A stretch of 32,000 nucleotides of DNA from Mucisphaera calidilacus. GTDB taxonomy: Bacteria; Planctomycetota; Phycisphaerae; Phycisphaerales; Phycisphaeraceae. The notes beneath the pieces were generated by a model, which was given only the letters and a program-made list of their open reading frames with translations, was not told the DNA's origin and did no database searches. Below, piece after piece: positions 23,641 to 32,000 of this stretch. Location of the stretch: contig NZ_CP036280.1 in the NCBI RefSeq assembly GCF_007748075.1, positions 1,290,001 to 1,322,000 of the forward strand, in the 5' to 3' direction. Both the position numbers and the translations under genes were made by a program. Every line of letters begins with the position of its first letter. The stretch's first letter is position 1.

Positions 23641-25470
23641 ATGAACCCGAGCCTGCCCACCAGTACGGATGATGTTCGAGACGCCGGGGCGTTGCGGTAT
23701 GGCCAGGCGGTGGCGCTGGATGGTTCTGTGGATCTGGTGCACGGCGGTCGCCTGGATGAGGTGACGGTCTGTTACGAGTCGTGGGGACGGTTGAATGCGG
23801 CGCGGGACAACGCGGTGCTGATCTGCCACGCGATCTCGGGCGACTCGCACGCCGCGTCGCATGATGCGGAGGATACGCCGGGCTGGTGGGAGCATTTAAT
23901 CGGCCCGGGCAAGCCTGTGGACACGGACCGGTTCTTCGTGATCTGCATGAATGTGCTGGGCGGTTGTCGCGGGACGACCGGGCCCAACAGCGTGAATCCG
24001 GCGACGGGTCGGGCGTACGGTCCGGATTTCCCGGCGATCACGCTTGAGGACATCGTGGACGTTCAGGCGCGTGCCTTAACCAAGCTGGGGATCGATCGGT
24101 TGCTGGCGGTGGTGGGGGGGTCGCTGGGCGGTCAGCAGGCGTTGGTGTGGGGGACGCGACACGGAGTGCGTGTGCGTCTGGTGGTTCCGGTGGCAACGGC
24201 ACCGCGTCTTTCGACGCAGGCGTTGGCGTTTGATGTGGTGGGCCGCAACGCCATCATGAGTGATCCGGCGTTTGCGGGCGGTCGTTACATGGAGTCGGGT
24301 GGGACGCCGGCGACAGGGCTGGCGATCGCGCGGATGCTGGGGCACATCACATATCTGTCGCGCGAGGCGATGGATCAGAAGTTTGAGGCGGATCGGCTTC
24401 GGCCACACGACATCGTGACGGAGTTCGAGAAGCGATTTTCGGTTGGGTCGTATCTGGCGCATCAGGGAAACAAGTTCGTCGAGCGTTTCGACGCGAACTC
24501 GTATGTGACGCTGACGCTGGCGATGGACATGTTTGACATGGGGCGGGAGGCGGCGTCGTTGCGTCGGGCGTTTGCGGATTCGCCTTGCCGGTGGCTTTTG
24601 CTGAGCTTTTCGAGCGACTGGCTGTTCCCGCCGCGGCAGAGCTGCGAGGTGGTGGATGCGCTGGTGGCTGAAGGCAAGCGGGTGACGTACTGCGAGCTGC
24701 CCAGCCCGGCGGGTCACGACGCGTTCCTGCTGCCTGATGAGGTGGAACGGTACGGCTCGCTGATCGGTGCGCGGCTGGAGCAGGAGTTGCTGGGCGAGGT
24801 GCGGACGCACGGGCCGACGCGTTGTGCGCTGTCGGATATGCCAACGGTGCGGAGTGACAGCAGCCCGACGGTGTTCGCGAAGGCTCGGCGGGACTACGAC
24901 CGGATTCTTGAGTTGATTCCGGCGGGGTCGCGGGTGCTGGACCTGGGGTGTGGCGAGGGCGAGTTGCTGAGTCGATTGCGGTCGCGGGGGCATGAGGGGT
25001 TGATGGGGATCGACGTTGCGGAGGCGAGGATCATCGAGACGGCGCGAGCGGGTCATGAGGTGATCGACCACGACATGAACGAGGGGCTGCCGCAGTTCGC
25101 GGATGGTGCGTTTGACGTGGTGTTGTTGTCGCAGACGTTGCAGGCGTTGCCGAACGTTTCGCTGGTGCTCTCGGAGATGGTGCGTGTGGGGCGTCGCGCG
25201 GTGGTGAGTTTCCCGAACTTCGCGTTCTGGAAGATCCGGGAGATGCTCTACAAGGAGGGGCGTTCGCCGAAGTCCGTGGGCGAGTACGGGTATGAATGGC
25301 ACAACACGCCAAACCGTCGATTCCCGTCGATCGCGGATTTTGAAGACTTCTGCGCGAAGCAGGGGCTGGTGGTGCACCGGGCGGTGCATCTGGACAGTGA
25401 GGCGGGCGAGGAGGTTGCGGAGGATCCGAACCGCAACGCGGACCTGTCGATCTTTGTGTTGTCCCGGTGA
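23641..25470 (+). CDS. metX: homoserine O-acetyltransferase fused to MetW
   Basis: N-terminal about 390 aa: VLICHAISGDSHAA, GGSLGGQQAL (nucleophile Ser) and HDAFLL are alpha/beta-hydrolase MetX motifs. C-terminal about 200 aa: RRDYDRILELIPAGSRVLDLGCGEGELL ... FDVVLLSQTLQAL ... VSFPNFAFW ... YEWHNTPNRRF is the MetW pattern. ATG 23641 is preferred over the track's TTG 23635. Confidence 0.9.
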   Translation: MNPSLPTSTDDVRDAGALRYGQAVALDGSVDLVHGGRLDEVTVCYESWGRLNAARDNAVLICHAISGDSHAASHDAEDTPGWWEHLIGPGKPVDTDRFFVICMNVLGGCRGTTGPNSVNPATGRAYGPDFPAITLEDIVDVQARALTKLGIDRLLAVVGGSLGGQQALVWGTRHGVRVRLVVPVATAPRLSTQALAFDVVGRNAIMSDPAFAGGRYMESGGTPATGLAIARMLGHITYLSREAMDQKFEADRLRPHDIVTEFEKRFSVGSYLAHQGNKFVERFDANSYVTLTLAMDMFDMGREAASLRRAFADSPCRWLLLSFSSDWLFPPRQSCEVVDALVAEGKRVTYCELPSPAGHDAFLLPDEVERYGSLIGARLEQELLGEVRTHGPTRCALSDMPTVRSDSSPTVFAKARRDYDRILELIPAGSRVLDLGCGEGELLSRLRSRGHEGLMGIDVAEARIIETARAGHEVIDHDMNEGLPQFADGAFDVVLLSQTLQALPNVSLVLSEMVRVGRRAVVSFPNFAFWKIREMLYKEGRSPKSVGEYGYEWHNTPNRRFPSIADFEDFCAKQGLVVHRAVHLDSEAGEEVAEDPNRNADLSIFVLSR

Positions 25471-25489
25471 GAGTTGCGGTTGTCTGCGG

Positions 25490-25520
25490 GCAAAAAACAA
25501 CCCACGGTTGCGGCCGTGGG
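25490..25520 (-). terminator. intrinsic terminator of rpsT
   Basis: The minus strand reads CCCACGG-CCGCAA-CCGTGGG followed by TTGTTTTTTG. Confidence 0.75.
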
Positions 25521-25548
25521 CTGGTGGTATGGCGACGTTGTAGTTGGC

Positions 25549-25821
25549 TCAGGCGGTGGCGGCCTTGGCGTTGAGTCGTGCTGCGAGGCGTGACTTTTTG
25601 CGGTCGGCGGTCTTGCGGTGGATGACGCCCTTGGCCGCGGTGCGATCGATGAGCTTGTAGAGGTCGGTGAGCTGCTTCTGAGCGTCCTCCACGGAGGCGT
25701 GGAGGATGGCTTCGTCGTATTCGACGAGGGCGTCGTGGAGGTCGCGCTTGCGCCAGCGGTTGAGGGCGCGGCGTTTGATGTTCTGACGGACTCGCTTCTG
25801 GGCGCTGAGGGAATGGGCCAT
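25549..25821 (-). CDS. rpsT: 30S ribosomal protein S20
   Basis: MAHSLSAQKRVRQNIKRRALNRWRKRDL ... AAKGVIHRKTADRKKSRL is the canonical S20 pattern. Confidence 0.93.
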   Translation of the reverse strand: MAHSLSAQKRVRQNIKRRALNRWRKRDLHDALVEYDEAILHASVEDAQKQLTDLYKLIDRTAAKGVIHRKTADRKKSRLAARLNAKAATA

Positions 25822-25907
25822 TGTGGCTGTAACCTCTGTTTATACCTGGGTCTAGTAACGCGGTCGGGTGGCGGTACACGGGGCCGATCCTGACCGTTGA
25901 GCCCCAT

Positions 25908-25936
25908 ATTGTGACCAAAACCCTGTTGAGCGTCAA
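25908..25936 (-). promoter_or_regulatory. candidate rpsT promoter (TTGACG-17 nt-CACAAT)
   Basis: On the minus strand TTGACG is at 25936..25931, followed by a 17-nt spacer and CACAAT at 25913..25908. This would give a leader of about 80 nt with an AGAGG Shine-Dalgarno. Confidence 0.4.
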
Positions 25937-25998
25937 GTTAACGTGGCGGATTTGCGACCTGAATGGGTTGAAAAGGCTGTTCCGGGCGTAAATTCAAC

Positions 25999-26028
25999 TT
26001 GCCATGATGAATAACCGATGCTTATACT
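25999..26028 (+). promoter_or_regulatory. candidate promoter (TTGCCA-18 nt-TATACT) facing the 26217 gene
   Basis: TTGCCA at 25999-26004 and TATACT at 26023-26028, in the AT-richer divergent region shared with rpsT. Confidence 0.4.
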
Positions 26029-26216
26029 GTGTTGAGTCGGTGAAACCGGAGCTATGGAATTTTGCTCTGGTGGAACGCAGATCTACCTCGTGATTGTATC
26101 GCGGACTGCCGGGTCCCCTTGAGGGCGTTGTCTTTTGACAATCCGGTTGAGACCGCTTTTTACCTAGGACGTGTCCGACGGTCGGATGCCGTTATGGGCA
26201 GGGAGAATCGTTCGTT

Positions 26217-26909
26217 ATGGCTGAAGCTATGGCATATCAAACCGGACAGGAAGTCCGTCATCCCAAGCGGCCCGAGTGGGGGACCGGCGTGGTTCGATCG
26301 GTTGAGCCGATCACGCATCACGGCGTTCAGGCTCAGCGTGTTGCCGTGGATTTCGCGAACAAGGGGCGTGTGGTGGTGAACACGGCCATCGCGAGTCTTG
26401 AGATCACGGGTAATGCTGAGCCGGCTGCGGCGGGCACGCGTGTGTCGCCTCGCAAGCTACCCTCGCGTCTGACGACGCAGCAGGAGGCTGGGCAGAAGGG
26501 TTCGGTTCGGCCGGGAGATGCCGGCTGGCTCAATGAACTCGAGCGTGGCGGCGGCGCGACGTCGAGTGGTGACCTGTGGAGTCTGCCCTCGTCGATGACG
26601 GACCCGTTCGCGAGCCTGAAGCAGCGGCTTTTGGCGACGCTGGACAGCTACCGGTTTACGACGGATCCGCGGAGCCTGATTGAGTGGGCTGTGGTTCAGA
26701 CGGGGCTTGATGATCCCTTGAGCAAGTACACACGCTCGGAGCTCGAGCGTGCTTTTCCTCGCTTCTCGCGTGACCGTGACAACCACCTGGCGGAGTTGAT
26801 CCGGACGATCAAGCGTCAGATGCAGCACGTGATTCTTGACGAGGTTCGGGCGGAGATCGAGTTGCCGGCGGCGCACAAGGCGCTTCACAAGACCTCGCGT
26901 TCGGTCTGA
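26217..26909 (+). CDS. hypothetical protein with N-terminal PcrA/UvrD-type Tudor-like (DUF3553-like) domain
   Basis: GGGAGAA upstream. The N-terminus GQEVRHPKRPEWGTGVVRSVEPITHHGVQAQRVAVDFANKGRVVVNTAIASLE follows the G-x-x-V-x-H-x(n)-[WF]-G-x-G-x-V ... V-x-F-x-x-x-G pattern. The remaining about 160 aa have no motif I recognise. Terminator downstream. Confidence 0.75.
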   Translation: MAEAMAYQTGQEVRHPKRPEWGTGVVRSVEPITHHGVQAQRVAVDFANKGRVVVNTAIASLEITGNAEPAAAGTRVSPRKLPSRLTTQQEAGQKGSVRPGDAGWLNELERGGGATSSGDLWSLPSSMTDPFASLKQRLLATLDSYRFTTDPRSLIEWAVVQTGLDDPLSKYTRSELERAFPRFSRDRDNHLAELIRTIKRQMQHVILDEVRAEIELPAAHKALHKTSRSV

Positions 26910-26935
26910 CTGTTGTCATTCGTGTTGAATTGATC

Positions 26936-26966
26936 AGGCCCGTGGTGTTTGCCATGGGCCTGTTTC

Positions 26967-26968
<2 letters not shown>
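26936..26968 (+). terminator. intrinsic terminator
   Basis: AGGCCCGTGG-TGTTTG-CCATGGGCCT followed by GTTTCTT: a 10-bp stem with one G-U pair. Confidence 0.75.
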
Positions 26969-29054
<2,086 letters not shown>

Positions 29055-29075
29055 ACTGTTTCTCCCCCCTACGAA

Positions 29076-29696
29076 GTGAGTGACGGTTTGAGTGCTGAGG
29101 TTGACATCACGATACGGAATGCCACGGTGGCGGACGTGCCGTCGATCGCGCGGCTGATCAACGACAGCGCGGAGTTGGGGCTGATGCTGCCACGGCCGAT
29201 GGCGACGCTTTATGAGCGTGTGCGCGAGTTATTCGTGGCGGACCGAGGCGGAGCGGTGGTGGGCGTGGGGGGGCTGTCGATTATCTGGGCGGACCTGGCG
29301 GAGGTGGTTTCGCTGGTGGTGGACGCGGGCTGCCGTGGGCATGGATTGGGTGGACGTCTGGTGGAGGCGTGCGTGGGTGAGGCGCGGCGGCTGGGTGTTC
29401 GGCGTCTGATGACGCTGACGTATGAGCAGGCTTTTTTCGAGCGGCACGGCTTTGTGGTGGTGGACCGGCAGGCGCTTCCGTTGAAGGTGTGGAGCGAGTG
29501 CCTGCGGTGCCCGAAGAATCAGGCGTGCGACGAGATCGCGATGATCCGGGTGCTGGATGACGTGGCGGAGCTGACGGCGCCGCGTGCAGATGTGGCGGCG
29601 CCCCGGCCGACGCTGATCCCGATTCTCGCGGAGGGTCACCCGGTGGTGGGTGACGGGATTCGGCGTTCGTCTTATCCGCCGGTCGATGGCGATTAA
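29076..29696 (+). CDS. GNAT-family N-acetyltransferase (short ArgA/N-acetylglutamate-synthase-like)
   Basis: The acetyl-CoA-binding core VVDAGCRGHGLGGRLVEACVGEARRLG and ERHGFVVV are followed by a CLRCPKNQAC cysteine cluster. GTG start. Substrate not assignable from sequence. Confidence 0.8.
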   Translation: MSDGLSAEVDITIRNATVADVPSIARLINDSAELGLMLPRPMATLYERVRELFVADRGGAVVGVGGLSIIWADLAEVVSLVVDAGCRGHGLGGRLVEACVGEARRLGVRRLMTLTYEQAFFERHGFVVVDRQALPLKVWSECLRCPKNQACDEIAMIRVLDDVAELTAPRADVAAPRPTLIPILAEGHPVVGDGIRRSSYPPVDGD

Positions 29697-29714
29697 GCCT
29701 AAGCTGTCAGGTTC

Positions 29715-32000
29715 ATGACGGAGTTGGCTCCGTGGCTCGCGACGATTGGTTCATCGGCGGAGGTCGACGGGCTGGCGCGCGCGCTGCGTGCCTCAGAGCA
29801 CAAACGGGTTGCGGTGCGTGGTTGTCGGGGCTCTTTGCCGACGGTGCTGGCGGGGCTGGTGAATCGTGCGTGCGGTGTGCCGGTTCTGCTGGTGGTGGCG
29901 CACCTGGATGAGGCGGATGACGCTGTCGATGACCTCGAGGGTCTGGCCGCGCACGGGTTGTTGGTGGATGTTCGTCGTTTTGGTGCGTTGGAGGTTCTGC
30001 CGGGCGAGTCGGGGATCAATCTTGAGCTGGTGGGTGAGCGGCTGGGGCTGGTGCGTCGGCTGGGCGAGGGGGACGTGCCGGGCGTGATCGTGGCGCCGAT
30101 TCAGGCTCTGATGCAGCCGGTGCCGGAGCCGGAGCGGCTTGGGCGGTTCTTTCAGCGTGTGGGGGTAGGGGATCAGCGAGACCCGGTGTCGCTGGCGGAG
30201 TGGCTGACCGGCGCGGGCTACACGCGTGTGGAGGCGATCGAGCAGCCGGGTGATTTCGCGGTGCGCGGGGGGATTCTGGATCTCTACGCGGCATCGGCAT
30301 CGGCGGTGGACGAGGCGGGCAACGAGGTGGTGGTGAGCGGGGTGCGTCTGGATTTCTTCGGCGACGAGATCGAGTCGATCCGGCAGATTGATCTGGACAC
30401 GATGGCTTCGGGTCGGGGGCTGAAGAGCGTGGAGTGGCTGGGGACGTCGGTGGATGCATTGGTGGCGGACGAGGGGACGACGACGCTGATGGGGTTGCTG
30501 CCTGAGGCGACGCGGGTGCTGATGCACGAGCCGATGGAGTTGAGCGAGCAGGCGCGTGGGTACTACGAGCGGCTGCACGACCCGCGTGGGATTGTTGCTC
30601 CGGTGACGGTGATGGGGCGGCTGGGGCGGTTCGGCTTGTGTGAGTTGGCGGACTATTCGTCGCCGACGCCCGGGGCGGAGGTGATCGAGCTGCCTTCGGA
30701 GGTGTTGCCGAGCTTTGACACCGATGCCAGGCGGGCCGTGGATGAGTTGACGAGCCTGGGGCAGGAGGCCGGACGTGAGGTTGTGGTGCTCTGCCGGCGA
30801 GAGGCGGAGGCGCAGCGGCTGGGCGAGTTGCTGGGTGAGTTGGAAGAGAGCGGGCCGCCGCCGGCGATCGAGCTGGGGACGGTGCATCGGGGGTTCGTGT
30901 GGCGGTCTGGCGAGTGTGCTCTGACCGTCGTGCCGCATCACGAGTTGTTCCATCGGTACGAGACACGGCGTCGGGTTCGCAAGATCGCGACGGAGGCGGG
31001 CGGGGAGGCATCGGACGCGTTCCTGGACCTGGAGGTGGGCGATTATGTGGTGCACGTCGATCACGGGATCGCGAAGTTCACGGGGATCCGTTCGATGCGT
31101 CGGAGCGGGATGACGCAGGAGTTCTTGACGCTTGAGTTCGCGGAGAAGGCGTTGCTGCACGTGCCGGCGACGCAGATCGAGCTGGTGCAGAAGTACATCG
31201 GCGGGTTCTCGGGTCGGCCGCCCTTGTCGAAGCTCGGGGGCAAACGCTGGAGCAAGCAGAAGGATCAGGTGCGCGAGGCGGTGAAGGACCTCGCGGCGGA
31301 GTTGTTGCGTGTGCAGGCGGCGCGGGCGACGCAGCCGGGGATCCGGTACCCGGGCGACACGGTGTGGCAGAGGGAATTCGAGGCGGAGTTCCCTTACGAG
31401 GAGACGGAGGACCAGCTCTCGGCGATCGCGGCGATCAAGAAGGACATGGGGGGGGATCAGCCGATGGACCGGCTGCTCTGCGGGGATGTGGGGTTCGGTA
31501 AGACGGAGGTGGCGATCCGGGCGGCGTTCAAGGCGGCGGAGTACGGCAAGCAGGTGGCGATTCTCGTGCCGACGACGGTGCTTGCGGAGCAGCATCACCG
31601 GACGTTTATGCAGCGTATGGCGGACTACCCGTTCAAGGTGGCGTGTATCTCGCGGTTCCGGACGGGGCTTGAGCAGCGCAAGGTGCTCAAGGAGTTGGAG
31701 GCGGGGCGGCTGGATGTGCTGATCGGGACGCACCGGTTGCTGTCGGAGGACGTGAAGTTCGCGGATCTGGGGCTGGTGGTCATCGACGAGGAGCAGCGGT
31801 TCGGGGTGGAGCACAAGAACAAGCTGCTGAGCTTCCGGATGACGGCGGACGTGCTGACGATGACGGCGACGCCTATTCCGCGGACGCTGCACATGTCGAT
31901 GGTGGGTCTGCGGGATATCTCGTCGCTGACGACGGCACCGGTAGACCGGCGGGCGGTGGTGACGGAGGTGGTGCCTTACGACCGCAACCGCGTGAAGCAG
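29715..32000 (+). CDS. mfd: transcription-repair coupling factor, N-terminal 762 codons (continues beyond the window)
   Basis: Not in the ORF track because it has no stop within the window. The frame from ATG 29715 is open to 32000. It encodes GDYVVHVDHGIAKFTG (RNAP-interaction/CarD-TRCF domain), FPYEETEDQLSAI, MDRLLCGDVGFGKTEVAIRAAF (Walker A), VVIDEEQRFGV (DExx) and TATPIPRTL. Confidence 0.93.
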   Translation, partial: MTELAPWLATIGSSAEVDGLARALRASEHKRVAVRGCRGSLPTVLAGLVNRACGVPVLLVVAHLDEADDAVDDLEGLAAHGLLVDVRRFGALEVLPGESGINLELVGERLGLVRRLGEGDVPGVIVAPIQALMQPVPEPERLGRFFQRVGVGDQRDPVSLAEWLTGAGYTRVEAIEQPGDFAVRGGILDLYAASASAVDEAGNEVVVSGVRLDFFGDEIESIRQIDLDTMASGRGLKSVEWLGTSVDALVADEGTTTLMGLLPEATRVLMHEPMELSEQARGYYERLHDPRGIVAPVTVMGRLGRFGLCELADYSSPTPGAEVIELPSEVLPSFDTDARRAVDELTSLGQEAGREVVVLCRREAEAQRLGELLGELEESGPPPAIELGTVHRGFVWRSGECALTVVPHHELFHRYETRRRVRKIATEAGGEASDAFLDLEVGDYVVHVDHGIAKFTGIRSMRRSGMTQEFLTLEFAEKALLHVPATQIELVQKYIGGFSGRPPLSKLGGKRWSKQKDQVREAVKDLAAELLRVQAARATQPGIRYPGDTVWQREFEAEFPYEETEDQLSAIAAIKKDMGGDQPMDRLLCGDVGFGKTEVAIRAAFKAAEYGKQVAILVPTTVLAEQHHRTFMQRMADYPFKVACISRFRTGLEQRKVLKELEAGRLDVLIGTHRLLSEDVKFADLGLVVIDEEQRFGVEHKNKLLSFRMTADVLTMTATPIPRTLHMSMVGLRDISSLTTAPVDRRAVVTEVVPYDRNRVKQ

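Overview
This is a high-GC bacterial chromosomal segment. By eye it contains no rRNA, tRNA, CRISPR array, transposase or integrase. The left 6 kb looks accessory. It holds four monocistronic secreted proteins that each end in a PEP-CTERM sorting signal; two also carry dockerin-type Ca-binding repeats and one carries a SpoIID/LytB domain. These genes are separated by AT-rich leaders and clean intrinsic terminators. The rest is mostly core functions: a dusB-like gene, folC, serS, an exported HEAT-like repeat protein, an isolated leuD, a thioredoxin-fold protein, a lysine-rich DksA-like protein overlapping lspA, a class-I glutamine amidotransferase, thrC, a PadR regulator coupled to an 800-aa polytopic membrane protein, proS, metY followed by a fused metX-metW, rpsT, a protein with a PcrA/UvrD-type Tudor-like (DUF3553-like) N-terminus, ligA, a GNAT acetyltransferase, and the first 2.3 kb of mfd (runs off the right edge). 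The PEP-CTERM plus dockerin proteins and the H1-like basic protein suggest a PVC-group (Planctomycetota/Verrucomicrobiota-like) host; this is inference only. I found no classical defence or mobile system. The most unusual items are: (1) the histone-H1-like/DksA fusion lacking three of four Zn ligands, (2) the SpoIID-CBM-like-dockerin-PEP-CTERM protein, (3) the PadR/membrane-protein pair with a direct-repeat operator, (4) the standalone Tudor-like protein, (5) the MetX-MetW fusion with a long structured metY leader, and (6) several promoters whose -10 box sits 6-7 nt from the start codon, implying leaderless mRNAs. The many long antisense ORFs in the track are GC-driven shadows and were rejected.
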